Counted from the first letter of the stretch, positions 14,274-28,345 are shown. The stretch is 64,000 bases of DNA from Eledone cirrhosa (GCA_964016885.1 OZ024741.1:314650001-314714000), one strand, 5' to 3'. Made by a program: numbers and translations. The notes: generated from the letters alone by a model not told the origin.

Positions 14274-14593
14274 TAATAGCAATAATAATAATGATAATAA
14301 TGATAATAATTATTTATTTGTTGTTAAATGTAAGAATATCAGTGATAAATAACGCTAAAACTGATAAATAGGGTTGCATTTTTAATATTGCTGAATGTAA
14401 TGTTGCTAATTATATTGATTGTTACTTCCATGTGGTTCCGGAACCATATACACAAATATAATCTCTCTGTATCATATAGTGTATCGATCTTAAAATTATT
14501 GATATGGTATAAAATTGTATAGTTGTTGTCTCATGTATATCTGTATGTACATAATGATATCTCCAACATTATTATCTATACTGATTATTTCAG

Positions 14594-14728
14594 CATGTGA
14601 TCCTGGAACATTTGGTATCGGTTGTAAAAAGTCATGTAATTGTTGGAACAACCTGCCCTGTGACAAGCGAACTGGAAGATGTCCAAGTGAGTGTAAAAAA
14701 GGTTATATGGGCGAGGACTGCCAACAAG
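14594..14728 (+). CDS. EGF/laminin-EGF repeat exon 1 of a multiple-EGF-domain protein
   Basis: ttattttcag|...|gtattt; 135 nt, phase 1-1; CDPGTFGIGCKKSCNCWNNLPCDKRTGRCPSECKKGYMGEDCQQ (8 Cys). Confidence 0.9.
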
Positions 14729-15488
14729 GTATTTGCTAAAGATGCTACGTATTTACTATATATATATATTGTTATATTTGGGGAGAGTCATATTGTCATA
14801 ATATTATTTAATTTATTTAAATAAATTAAATAAAAATGGTGTAGGCATTACAATACAACGGGAGGAAACATAATAGTACCACTTATGATGTCACAGATGT
14901 GTGACGAAAATAAATTGATAGACTATATATACGTATATATATTTAAATTTGTATTTTTAACCGTTGGTCAATCAATGATAAACATTGAGTGCCAGATAAA
15001 TTAACTATAAAGATATAAAAGATACAGAACCTAAAACCAATCCAACCAATATAGTGCCTGTGTTCTATTATTATTTCTGGCAATATTATAACAATATGAC
15101 CCTCCCCAAATATAACAATATTTGTTTCAACACACGATTTCATATCAAAAACCTTGACAAACATGTCTCTATTTTACCAAACATCGTCTCTATTTTATTT
15201 TTCGGTCTTTGTTGGTGAGGAGTGAAGTTTTTTTCTGTTTAATTGCATGTAAGGAACATTTTCACATATCCTATGGTTTTTCGTAGGTCAGCAATATCTT
15301 TTTCTACTTTAGTTATATATGATGGTATTTTTGTTGGTGTTTTCTTCTTGTTAATATCTCTGCTGTCACCAAGATAATGCTTCACTGTCGTTGCTAAGGC
15401 ATATCAACAGGCGTATATTCGCCAAAATGTCGGAGATTTTATCCGTCGTAAATATTCCTCCCCTATTTCGTCAATAACACGTCATTAT

Positions 15489-15840
15489 ATTGGCAGTATC
15501 GGTAGAGGGTCGGACGCCATGCTTTACAGCATAGTTACGTCCCTTTACCATCTGAGTTCAAATCCCGCCGAGGTTGACTTTGCCTTTCATCCTTACGGGA
15601 TCGATAAAATAAAGTACCAGTAATGCACTGGTAATTGCTGGCCTTGTGCCTAAAGTAGAAACAATTATTTGTTTTTTTTGCCATGCTTTCCAGCATAGTT
15701 ACGTCCCTTTACGATCTGAGTTCAAATCCCGCCGAGGTTAATTTTGCCTTTCATCCTTACGGGGTCGATAAAATAAAGTACCAGTAATGCAGTGGGTAAT
15801 TGCTGGCCTTGTGCCAAAAGTAGAAACAATTATTTGTTTT
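15489..15840 (+). mobile_element. Two tandem tRNA-derived SINE copies
   Basis: 15489-15678 and 5'-truncated 15680-15840; same family as 8645-8830. Confidence 0.9.
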
Positions 15841-16093
15841 TTTTTGTTTGTTTGTTTTTTATTAAATATTGTCTTTTTAATACGTTCAGCAAGAGAAATG
15901 TTTATACATATATTAATTTCTCTCTGGCAGATTTCGTCGAGGGAAATTTTCAATTGTTTATACTTTTGATTAATATCATTATCGATAGTATTTTCCACAA
16001 CAGTCGAGGTAGACTCGGAAGGTACACGTGGTGACAACTTTCTTAGATTATCATTAATATTTCTTCAATTATTATTATTATCGATAGTGTTAT

Positions 16094-16315
16094 AGGGCGG
16101 TGGATCGGCAGTATCGGTAGAGTGTCTAACACCATGCATTGCAGCATAGAGTTATGGCCCTTTATGATCTGAGATCAAAGCCCGCCGAGGTTAACTTTGC
16201 CTTTCATCCTTACGGTGTCGATTAAATAGCGTACCAGTCACGCACTGGGGTCGAATTAATCGACTTCTCCCTCCTCCAAAATTGCTAGAATTGTGCCTAT
16301 ATAAGAAACCATTAT
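16094..16315 (+). mobile_element. tRNA-derived SINE, longer subfamily
   Basis: Same head and core, plus GGGGTCGAATTAATCGAC hairpin segment; imperfect flanking repeat ATTATT(A/T)TCGATAGTGTT. Confidence 0.88.
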
Positions 16316-17041
16316 TTTCGATAGTGTTTTCCCCAGCATTCTAGGTAGACTTAGATGGTACAAGTGGTGTCAAATTTCTTACAAGCATAGTTATTTCAAG
16401 GCACTGTACGTACTGGCTACCATGAAATCTAGTAGCATGGCGACAGGTAGCACGTGCTGTTGATTCCATGTTTGTTGTGGGGGACTTACAATTATTAATA
16501 TTTATCTTATTTTTACGTTCGACAGACGTCGTTTGTTGCCGTAATTGTTTCGCTGTGAAGTGATTTAGCTCTGAGTGTATTTCGTCGCAGTGTAGCTTCA
16601 TTCTGTTCATATAGTCAACGGAGGGATTGTTTTTTGCCATTTTATAACATTTAAATAAATCATCATTAAGTTCGCAACTCCAACAGAAATGCGATTTATA
16701 ATCTCTGTTTCTTCTGTAGCTACAACTGAATACATTCTGTTTACCTTTCTCGTTTTTCTTCGGTATTCCACTAAAGTTGTTGTTGTTGATGTTATGTTCA
16801 GCCATGCTGTTTGTCGCAAATCCTTGTAAAAGGAATTATTTATTTAGTCAGATATCTCTACGAATTCGAATAAATTATGTCTTCAGTGCATATATTTAGA
16901 AGGATATTCAGTTATTAAACATGACTGGTAGTTGTGGCATTACTGTCGGAGATAGTTTTCATCTTAAATTAAATGAATAGTCTCCCACACCAAACTATAC
17001 GATTGATCGCGTTGACTGAGTATGTATGCATGTATGTATGT

Positions 17042-19130
17042 TCTTCTGGTTTCATAATTTCACAATTTTTTCTCAATAGAGAAAGAATCGGTTTCTAACA
17101 TAGTTACAAGACCCTCTCATTGGAATTTACATAATATCAACTAGGTAGATATGTATGCATGTATGTGTAGGTATGGATGTTATTTGATGTGTAGATGTGT
17201 ATGATTTGAGTAGTATGTTGGCATGTGCGTACGCTTTGTATCTGTACATGTGTATATGCATTTATTAGATGCAAACGTTTTGGAATGATTTACATAATTT
17301 TACTGTTCCATTAATGGATGTTATTTATAATATCCTAACTAGTTGTGTTCTTTCTGTTTCTGTGAAGCCCAGCTTCTCAAGATTTGTATTGAGGCAGTTC
17401 CTAGCATATCCCAGTGCCCCAATAATTACAGGCATACATCTGAAGGTATAGTCAGGGTGCAGTATCTACAGATTTCTCATATACTTCTGCATAAATATTC
17501 TCCTTTTCGCTAATCTTTGATATTATATTGTCATCTGCTGGGCAGCTAACTTCCACTACTGTGCATGTCTTCTTTTCGCTATCCCATATCATTATATCTG
17601 GTCTATTATGTCTGCAGTTTATTAGGGTTTTTACTGGAACATTCCTCTAGTACTTTTTCATATTATGTATATGTATGTCTTCCACATTGCTGTAGCTTTT
17701 AAAGTGCTTATTATCGGGGCTACCTTTTCCACAGATTCCATTGTACAGTATTTTGGCCAGTACATCATGCTTCATAGGTAGATAGTACCGTGATGACATC
17801 TTTGGACACGGGTTACATCTTCGGTATTAATTCTGCAGAATCTGCACTTATGGTCATATCTAAGTGTTTTAACTGCATCCCTATCTCTTTTGTGAATCAT
17901 GTATTTCGTGTTGATTTCCTTTTCTTCGATTGCAAAAGCGTATCCTTGAAAGTGGGAGCCAATATAGCGGTTGTTGGTCCAAGATACACTATTTTGTTTA
18001 TCTATATTACTCACACTCTGGAACTTTATGGCAACATATCCATGCATGAATTTTTGCTGATAAGCATGCAGTTTTTCATCCATGGATTCACTGCGGTACT
18101 GCTGAGCAACCTCCCTGGGTGTGAGTTTTTGATTATCACACAGGGAATATCTTTCAAGGAGTTCCTTCCCAACTCTCATGTCCTTATCTGTTTCATGCCG
18201 ATAGACTTTCTCGTGAAACGAGCTCCTACGCTTTGAGGTTCATAGATGTTGGAGGGATATGATGCGATATTCAAATGTTGTCTGGACTGATGTTAGGCCT
18301 CTGCCTCCCTGCTTACGTTTCAAGTAAATGCGGTCTATGTCACTGTAGATGTGAACGTTTCCAGTGTATTTTTCGAGTCCTAACGTCAATTGCTCGGATT
18401 TCGTAAATCGTCCAATTGAAGATTTCAAACGTTGGTATTAGGTCAGGCACAGCAAACACATTGTGAGCCACTGCTTGATTGTGCGCAGAGAGTTCCGATG
18501 ACCATATTTTTCTTAATCGGGTGTAATATTTCCTGGTTACGCGTTCCTTGTTACAGATACCATTATAGTATATGTTCTCATCTATCCCCAGGTATCTGTA
18601 ACATTCCTCATCAGATATAAGTGAAACAGTTAGGCCATTGATGTCAATGTTGCTAGATTGGGTTGTTGTTTTTCCCATTTTACAATCATATATGAACATT
18701 TATCTTGACCAAATTCCATTCCTATATCCTATGAGAATGTGGTAAACATGTCAAGATGTTTCTTCATCCCATCTATGTTCTTGGCATAGAGTTTCAGATC
18801 ATCCACAAATAAATTATGGGTTAGGTTCGTATTTCTGTATTCCTGTGACCCAATGATATGTCCTTGACATTTCTAGAGCCGAAAGGACAGGGGGTTTAAT
18901 GACAGATAATTAATATCACAGATGCTTGTTCATCTGTGATGATGTTATTATTTTCATAGTGATCTTGTGGGAATAGGTTCAGGCAGGCTGCATACGACGT
19001 ATACATCAGGTTCTGGCATGCAATGGGCCGGTAGTTTTTTGCCAAGTGGTTGTCTTTCTTCTTGGAGTCCAGTATTGTTTGTCTTAATATCAACCATACT
19101 GGTATAAGTGTATCTCCCTTGAGAACTTGT
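17042..19130 (-). mobile_element. 3' half of a decayed R4-clade LINE (RT-RLE pseudogene)
   Basis: NYRPIACQN, FVDDLKLYAK, YRYLGI, DIDRIYLKRKQGGRGL, CRFC, RPDI, VEVSCP, PVIIGALG across frames; (CATA)n-like tracts at both ends. Confidence 0.88.
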
Positions 19131-19482
19131 GTGTATGTATGTATGCATTTATATATATTCAGTGTATAGTATATATCTGTGTGTGTGTCTGTTTATTTAA
19201 ATGTAAGAATGTCGCAAATATGGTAAAATTTTGTAGGATTATATGTTTAATTTTCTTATGAAATTGTTTGTTTCTTGCATAATGTTTTTAACATTGCATT
19301 TAACTGAACTAAAAATCCATGTATATATTATAGAGGATCAATATAATATTCAATAAGTATACAAGTTCATATGTTTATCACAAGACCACATTAATCTTAA
19401 AATTTGGTATAAAATTGTATCATTGATATCTGTATGTAATTAATGATATCTTTAACATTATCATATATATTGATATTTTCAG

Positions 19483-19611
19483 AATGCCCAGTAGGAAAGT
19501 TTGGTATTAATTGTGAAAGCACATGCCATTGTATCGACATATACTGTGACAAGCGAAATGGAATATGTTTATTTGGATGTAATGAGGATTTTATTGGTTT
19601 CAATTGCCAAG
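19483..19611 (+). CDS. EGF repeat exon 2
   Basis: tattttcag|...|gtatat; 129 nt, phase 1-1; CPVGKFGINCESTCHCIDIYCDKRNGICLFGCNEDFIGFNCQ. Confidence 0.9.
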
Positions 19612-19806
19612 GTATATCATAAAGTTGTTACATATTTACTATAATTACTATATACATACATATATATATATGTGTGTGGTGTGTGTGTGTGTGAGTGTGT
19701 GTGTTTGTATGTGTGAGTGTGTGTGTGGGGGGGGGGGCGTGCATGTGTTTGTGTGTGTGTGTGTGTAAATATGATGTTTCATATAGAAATCTTATATATA
19801 TTTCAG

Positions 19807-19941
19807 AATGCCGAATAGGAAAGTTTGGTGTTATGTGTACTGAGAAATGCCATTGTATCGACAACATTAACTGTAACCAGCAAAATGGAAGATGTTCAGA
19901 TGGATGTTCTGCAGGTTATATTGGTGACAATTGCCAAGAAG
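19807..19941 (+). CDS. EGF repeat exon 3
   Basis: atttcag|...|gtatat; 135 nt; CRIGKFGVMCTEKCHCIDNINCNQQNGRCSDGCSAGYIGDNCQE. Confidence 0.9.
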
Positions 19942-20400
19942 GTATATTATAAACTTGTTACGTATTTACTATACTCACACACAGAGACACACACATACAT
20001 ACACACACACACTCACATACTCACAAAAACACACACACTCACACATATATATGTATATGTATATGTTTGTGTACACAAACGGCGGACAACAGATGTCACG
20101 TACCGTTCCTCTCCGACTAAAAATGTTCCCCCTCGGAAAAAATCCTAGTTGATGGATGTGAAATCGGGAATATAGGGACAATTAAATATCTTAAAGTGTA
20201 ATTCTATCGCGTGCTTTTATTTTTACACTCTTTCCTACCTTCCTCTACACACTATACATCTCATTCTACAATTCCTCCTACATCTCTGTCCTCACCGCCG
20301 GATTCTATTACTCGGAGATTTACCCATCTGCATTGTTGAGGCTTCCAAAACGAGCAATTTTTATTATTATTCCACAATGCTTCAAGCAAACTTCATCACA

Positions 20401-20447
<47 letters not shown>

Positions 20448-20484
20448 CCATGTGCAACCAGCAGTATTCTTCTCCCCATTTTTT

Positions 20485-20515
<31 letters not shown>

Positions 20516-20520
<5 letters not shown>

Positions 20521-20740
20521 TAAACGGAATAGAAAATGCTGACAAATTGTTCACAGTTGAAAAATGGTTTAATTAGGAATAAAAGAGTATTAGTGATTGT
20601 ATGGGTTAGTATTCAGTTGTGGTTTAAAGTTTTTAAGTTTTTACCGGTTGCGCATTTCTAAATGCTTTTCAAAAATAATTTTGAGATAGAGTGTCCGTGC
20701 TGTTTGCTCTGATTTTGAGATAGAGTGTCCGTGCTGTTTG

Positions 20741-20745
<5 letters not shown>
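20516..20745. repeat. Dispersed repeat, second copy at 27477-27675
   Basis: Near-identical ~200 bp starting TTGGTAAACGGAATAG directly after (TA)n in both copies. Confidence 0.85.
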
Positions 20746-21100
<355 letters not shown>

Positions 21101-21369
21101 TTAGGTATAGGATAATCCTAGATGTAGTAATGGTACATTGTACATTTAACCATTCTGCTCTGAGCATACAGTGGTCACAGCATTTGATATTTGAGTTCTG
21201 CAAATAGTTGTAAATTTGCACATAGCATAACTAGGCTGTATAACCACCGTGGAAACATTTGTAAGCACACGGAATAAATTACCTTTTTATGATGTCTACC
21301 TGTTATTATTCATTCTTTATATATACATATATATATATATATTATATATTATATACATACATATATATA

Positions 21370-21441
<72 letters not shown>

Positions 21442-21784
21442 GTATAAGGGTGCACTGTTTGATAACCACCAGAGTCATAAACGAAGATCGTTGAGATTTA
21501 CCCGCCCTTACGTCTGTTGGAAATCGCCATATGGCCCTTCCTCATCAGCCTCCATTCATAGCTGAAGACTTTCAATTGTTTATTAATATAATACACCAAA
21601 CCAGAGGTCACCCATTGGGTGACAATCACTTTGAAAGTTGTTTTTTTTAAAATCATGTTCACTTAAAAATAATTTTTAGATGATTAAAATATACGCAGAC
21701 ATGTATATAATGTGAAATGAAACTGGAAGGCCCATATATATATATACATGTGTGTATGTGTGTATATAAATGTGTGTGTGTAAT

Positions 21785-21881
<97 letters not shown>

Positions 21882-21979
21882 GAGAGGGGGGGGGGTATAT
21901 ATGTGGGTGTCCGTGATCTATATACACTGGTCATAGATATACACACATATATATATACACAACAACGCCACCAGCTCTA

Positions 21980-22018
<39 letters not shown>

Positions 22019-22161
22019 GCTCCCTCTCTCTCCCTCTCTCTATGTCCCTCTTTCAATCTATTCTCTTACAATCACTATCTCTTTCTCTCTATCTTTCACT
22101 CTCTTTTGTGTGCGTGTGTGTACATATGATGTTTAATATAGAATTCTTATATATATTTCAG

Positions 22162-22293
22162 AATGCCCAGCAGGAAAGTTTGGTGTTGCTTGTAATGGGA
22201 CATGCAATTGCCTCAACAATAGAAACTGTGACAAGCGAAATGGATCATGTTCAGATGGATGTTCTGAGGATTTTATTGGTTTCAATTGCGAAG
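22162..22293 (+). CDS. EGF repeat exon 4
   Basis: atttcag|...|gtatat; 132 nt; CPAGKFGVACNGTCNCLNNRNCDKRNGSCSDGCSEDFIGFNCE. Confidence 0.9.
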
Positions 22294-22472
22294 GTATATC
22301 ATAAACATGTTACCTAATTACTATAATTACTATAAACACACACACATATATATGTGTGTGTGTGTGTGTGTTTGTGTGTGTGGGTGCGTGGGGGGTGCGG
22401 GTGTGTATGCGCATGTGTTTGTGTGTGTGTCTAAATTTGATGTTTAATATAGAAAGCGTATATATATTTCAG

Positions 22473-22607
22473 AATGCCAAATAGGAAAGTTTGGTGTTAA
22501 TTGTACTGAGAAATGCCATTGTATCCACGACTTTCAATGTGACAAGCGAACTGGAAGATGTTCAGATGGATGTTCTGCAGGTTATATTGGTGAAAATTGC
22601 CAAGAAG
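22473..22607 (+). CDS. EGF repeat exon 5
   Basis: atttcag|...|gtatat; 135 nt; CQIGKFGVNCTEKCHCIHDFQCDKRTGRCSDGCSAGYIGENCQE. Confidence 0.9.
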
Positions 22608-22817
22608 GTATATCTTAAAGTTGTTACGTATTTACTACACACACACCCTCACACACACACACACACAAACACACACGCACACACACACACGCACGCACAC
22701 ACTCACACACACACATGTATATATATATATATGTTTGCGTGTGTATGTGTGTGTGTTTGTGTGTGTGTGAATATGTTTGTGTGTGTATGGAAATATGATG
22801 TTTAATATAGAAATAGC

Positions 22818-22910
22818 TTCTACGGGACTAGAATGGTTTCATCCAAAGAAATCATCAGGAAACGACTCCTGATGATTACGTTTGAATGAAATAATTCTAA
22901 CAGTTCTAGA
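22818..22910. repeat. Degenerate head-to-head double-HHR palindrome (family of 52291-52413)
   Basis: TAGAATGGTTTCATCCAAAGAAATCATCAGGA...TCCTGATGATTACGTTTGAATGAAATAATTCTA. Confidence 0.75.
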
Positions 22911-23033
22911 TGTATATATATATGTATATATATTTATTTGTATATATATATATATATATTATATATAAATATATAAATATTAAAACAATGAAATTAAACA
23001 AAAAACGGTTAATTCATAGTAAAACTCATTATT

Positions 23034-23282
23034 TTACGATCGTTTCTGGGGTTTAGTTCTCCGTATGTCGATTCTATTATTGATCTATGTAAATGATTTT
23101 ACAAAATATCATAGTAAGAGAATATAGATAAGTCTTCACTACCCAAAAATATTTTCTGAAGACGGCGGGTAGTGAAGACGTATGTATATTTTCTTAGTAT
23201 GATATTTTGTAATATATTTTACATAGATCAATAATAGAATGGACATATGGGGAACTAGAACTACACCCCAGAAACAACTCGT
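23034..23282. repeat. Fold-back repeat derived from a long-stem-II HHR
   Basis: Arms ~23042-23144 and ~23167-23275; CTGAAGA core at 23156 and GAAAC at 23271; related to 60924-61068. Confidence 0.7.
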
Positions 23283-23638
23283 ATTTTTCAGTCATATTCA
23301 CTTGAAGATGTTTTTTTTTTTTTTAATAATTAAAATATCGTCTGTACTTAAAGTATAAACAACTTGTATTTTTGAAAACATATTCACTGACAAATCACTG
23401 AGAAAAAATTTGTATGTATTTTTTAAATCCTATTCACTTAAAAATAGTTTTTGAATAATGAAAATATTGTCTATGTCCTGTTTACGCCAAACATATTTTA
23501 TTGCGTTTGTAATCCCTTTTCACGGTAATTTTAATTCCTGAGTATTTTCCCATTATGCATCATTTTGACTATTTATGAATGTTTGTAAGGTTATGTTACT
23601 TTCGGAGTATTTTTCCATTATGCAACGGTTTGGCTATT

Positions 23639-24467
23639 TATGAAGATACCCGGAAAAACCACATATCTCGGGAACGCATGCTTCAAATTACTCCAAACTT
23701 GATATTTTTCATTTGTATTCCTATTTCAGGGTGAGATTCCTTTCAAATTATTCTCCCATTATGCGCTTTTTTGGCTGTATTACATAACAGACAATGAAAC
23801 AAGCAATCACAGACTTTTAGTATTATATTGATAGACTAGAACCCACGTGACTCGTTGTGTCACGTTCACTTAAAAATGATTTTTAAATAATTAAAATATA
23901 CACAGACATGTATATAATGTGAAATGAAACTGGAACGCCCATATAGAAACGTGTGTGTATGTATATATATATAGATGGGTGTGTTTGTATACGTATATGT
24001 CTATATATGTATGAGTGTGCGTATATATATATGTGGATGTCTGATCTATATGCACTTGTTATAGACACACACACATATACACATACATAGACACACACAT
24101 ATATATATGTATACGCACAAAGTCACACATATATATATATACATATACAACTACAACACCACCAGCTCTCTTCCATTCTCCTTTTCTGTCTTCTCTTCCT
24201 CTCTCTATGTCTCTCTGTCAATCTACTCCGTCACAGCCACTATCTCTTTCTCTCTATCTTTCTCACTATTTGTTTATGAAGGTACCCAGAAAAACACCAT
24301 TTCTCGGGACCCCGTGGTCCGATTTATGCGAAACTTGATTTATTCCATGTGTATTGGCATTTCAGGGTCAACTTCCTTTCAAAGTATTTTCCCATTATGC
24401 GCCTTTTCGGCTGAATTACATTACAGACAAGCAAGCAAGCAATCATATACATTTAGTAATATATAGA
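23639..24467 (-). mobile_element. Non-autonomous Helitron pieces (two 5' segments and one 3' end)
   Basis: Homologous segments 23639-23835 and 24276-24467 begin TCTAT/TCTGTCTAT on minus; 3'-type terminus hairpin ACGTGAC..GTCACGT + 5 nt + CTAG|T at 23836-23865. Confidence 0.65.
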
Positions 24468-27205
24468 CAGATAAATTTCTTTATTAGCCACAAGGGCACA
24501 AAAGAAGGGGACAAATACAAATGGCGAGTTTACATACAGGTATATGAAAATAAAACTATTAATACAATAACAAATAACAATTGAAATCCCCAATAGGGGG
24601 GAGGTGTTACACAAGGGTTGTACACACCCTGAACAAATGTACAACCCTCATCTCCAGGAGCACCAAGAGTGAGTACTCCCTTCCTCTCTTCCTCTTTTTT
24701 CTCAACCTACAGGCTGATATAGAGAGAAGGCCCAACCACTCGGGCCATCTTTTCCACATTCACCCACCTTTTATAAAATTTGCTGGGGTACAGCACCTCT
24801 CTCTCCATCCTGATTCTTCTTCGAAAATGATATTTGAAAAAACGAATCGGTTGACATCAGCCCTTTTATCCTCGTCCACCATATCTGACCTCAGCCCTTT
24901 TAACCTCATCCACCATATAACCTCTTTCACCATAGCCATAATACATAGGAAAACCGCCTCTCCCTGGTTTTTTCAAGCGGTTTGATCATGACAATGGACT
25001 CGGTGGTCCCACCCGCGACAATAGTCGTTCTACATAGCCCCACAGGTCGGTAACGCCCGGGCAGTGTACAAATGCGTGTGCGACGGTTTCCTCGTCGCGC
25101 AGGCATCTAGGACAGATCCTTTTCGAAGAGTCCCTACCCGGGCGCCCGTGTTTGTAGAGCTTGTCTCGAACTGGTAGAGCTCCTCGGTAGCACTGCCAGG
25201 GACTTTTGGAAGTTGTCCATTGGTGCCGGGCGGAAGGTCCTACCGAACAGACTGGCCATTTCGTCCTCCTCTACGCCTGGAGTTTCTCCGAGCGTGTCGT
25301 CGCACTTGCTGCGGACCAACCCTCTATAAAATGTCAAAGTGGAATCTCCACTGATCGCCGAGTCCGTTTGCCAAAGGATTGTGAGCGCCTGAGCACATTC
25401 GATGTGACAGTCTCCCATTTTCCTCGGTCTTTGCTTGATCCAGGTCTGCAGCTCGGTCAGCGAGACGAGTCGTGGGAAGGCTCGCCTCACGAACGGCACC
25501 CACACCGGTTTTCTGGTGAGGAATACGTGGAAGTGCCACAGCCTGAGCGCGTGTTTGCGCATCGTCAGGCACGGCATGCCCAGCTTGAAGGGTGTTGGCA
25601 ACAGATGAATCTTCTCACCAAAGGAGCGCGTTTCTTCCAAAGGAATTGACAGAGCGCGCGATCCATTTTGGTGGGCGTTTTGGCTGGCCAAGGCACGACG
25701 GTCAAGCGGTAGTAGATGACGGACGCCATAAAAGTGTTCGCCACCTCCGCTCGGCATTTCAAGGATAGTTTGCACTCGACCCACTTCTGGGTGAGCGCAA
25801 ACACCTTGGCCGTCACCTCGTTCCAGTTCTTCTTCACCTGGAGGTCAGGACCAAACCAGACCCCGAGCAGCTTTACCGGTCCTTCCGTCCAGCGCCCGAC
25901 GACGTCATCGGAAGGCATCGGTTTACCTCTCTACGTTCCGAGTTGCAAATCGACGGATTTGTCCCGGTTCAGCTTCGCTCCTGTGAACTGTTCGTATTCC
26001 TCCAGTAAGGTGCCGATCTCCCCGATTTGCGAGGTGCTCGACACCATTACCGTCATGTCGTCGGCGTAGGCCGACGCCACATTTCGCAGTTCCGGTTCCA
26101 AAGGGATGCCCTGCAATAGCTCCAACTTCTGCAGTAGTGGCTCGAGAGTCAGTACGTACAGAAGGGAGGAGAGAGGGCATCCCTGTCGGATGGATCGTAT
26201 GATATTGAACGGCTCCGAGAGGTAGCCGTTCACCTTGAACCTTGAGCAGATATTGCTGTTGTGCATTGCAGCAATCCAGCCCCTGGACACACGACTGAAG
26301 CCTGCAGCCTCGAGCACCGCATCCAGGTAACGATGGTCAACCCTATCCAAAGACTTAGACTGATCCAAGTTGATCAGGGCCCCACCGAAGCCGGGTTTAC
26401 ACCCTACCCTCTCTATGATGTATCGCATGAAGTGAAGGTTGTCGTGTATGGACCTGGTCGGGATTGCGCATGTCTGCGCTTCTCCCACTAGGTTTTCGAC
26501 GACGAGCGCCAGCCTCTTTGCCAACACCTTGGCCAAAATCTGTAACTCTGTGTTGAGCAGAGTTATCGGCCGGAAGTTGCCTATGTCATCCCCCTTGTTC
26601 TCGTCCTTCCTGACTAACGTGATTACGCCCCTGGTCAAGGAACTGGGAATTCTCCCGTTCTGCTGCCAGTTGCAGTAGACCGCTTCCAGAAGACCGGCGA
26701 ACAAGTACGGCATTGCTACGTAAAATTCGTAGGGTAGACCGTCGAGACCTGGAGATTTGCGTTTGCCGCATTGGCTCAGTGCATCCCCTTATCTCAGCGG
26801 CCGAAATCGGCCTTTCGCAGAACTTCGCCTCGCTGTCCGAGAGTCGCGGTAGGCCGTTGAGGTATGAACCGAAATCTATAGCCCCTCCCGGCGAGTTGCC
26901 CTGCCCGAACCGTTGAGGAAAGTGTCGCTGAAAGGCCGCGCACATTTGCTTCGGCTCACGTATCACGCGTCCGTCTTGGTCCTTGAAAGACAGAATCGTG
27001 GATTTGTTGCCATATTTTTCGCCTCCGTCACTCGGGCCCAGCTAACAGCTTTGGCTCCCTCTTCCCCAGAGCACGTATTTTGCTTCTGACAACGCAGCCT
27101 TCATGCTTTGCGTCGAAGAACTGGTCCAAGGCCGTTCTCGTCGTTAGCATGCTGGCTTCTCTGCCACTCCTAAGTGCCTCTTCTACTTTATCTACCAGTT
27201 CTTTT
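24468..27205 (-). mobile_element. 5'-truncated Tx1/L1-clade LINE (frameshifted RT)
   Basis: NFRPITLLNTE, IRQGCPLS, AYADD, KLLGVWF, CPRCLRDEETVAHAFVHC; AATAAA near the 3' end. Confidence 0.92.
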
Positions 27206-27422
27206 CGGTCGTATTTCTATGTAACACTATCTAACACTAATATATAGACAGTTAGATAGATAAACATACCGCGTATCGCTAGATATCCAACATACAGATA
27301 AGTATATGTATAAAGCTATGTTAGAGACAGCATTTTAATTTTCTAAGCGGGTAGCGCAGCATACTACCCTTCCGTATTTATAATTATATATAACTCATAT
27401 AAAAGTATAAATACTATTATTA

Positions 27423-27481
<59 letters not shown>

Positions 27482-27960
27482 TAAACGGAATAGAAAATGC
27501 TGACAAATTGTTCACAGTTGAAAAATGGTTTAATTAGGAATAAAAGAGTATTAGTGATTGTATGGGTTAGTATTCAGTTGTGGTTTTAAGTTTTTTAAGT
27601 TTTTATCGGTTGCGCATTTCTAAATGCTTTTCAAAAATAATTTTGAGATAGAGTGTCCGTGCTGTTTTCTCTGATCTGATTAGTTTTGGGAATTCTACCT
27701 GTTTTTATGTTAAAAAAGTGGCTCCAGTGTTATTTTTGTGTTGCAAAAATGCTTGTGGTCAAAACAATTTTGTTTGGTCGGTAGAGGTCATGTGAATGTA
27801 AAAAGTTGATTTTGCGCTAAGACTGTTTTTATGTTAAAATGTTAAGAAAGTGGCTCCAGCAAAAATTATTGGTCAAAACAATTTTGATTGGTCGGTAGAG
27901 GTCATGTGGATAAAAAATTGGTTTTGCGCCAAGATTGAGAAATGACTCTTTCACAACAAA

Positions 27961-28045
<85 letters not shown>

Positions 28046-28118
28046 AGTAGTAGTAGTAAGGTGTTCGATGCTGCGACAATGGCCAGCAGCGATGTGTGTC
28101 AAATGGCTATTAAGATAA

Positions 28119-28149
<31 letters not shown>

Positions 28150-28311
28150 TGTGTGTATGTGTGTGTGTGTGTGGGTGTGTGTAGCAGAGTCATTCGAAGG
28201 TCAAAAGATATTTTTCAGCTTTTGTCTTATACGGAGAAGTGCGTGTGTGTGTGTGTGTGTCTGTGTATACGTCTCTTTGTATGTTGATGTACGCGTGTGT
28301 ATGTGTTTGTG

Positions 28312-28345
<34 letters not shown>

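Larger units (their letters stand above)
15165..17015 (-). mobile_element. 5' portion of a second, decayed R4-clade LINE (interrupted by SINEs)
   Basis: CYKMAKNNPSVDYMNRMKLHCDEIHSELNHFTAKQLRQQ matches the N-terminal motif of the 955..3678 protein (CYLKSSPKERGYRRRMHNIWNEI...EQKLAGQ). Confidence 0.7.
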
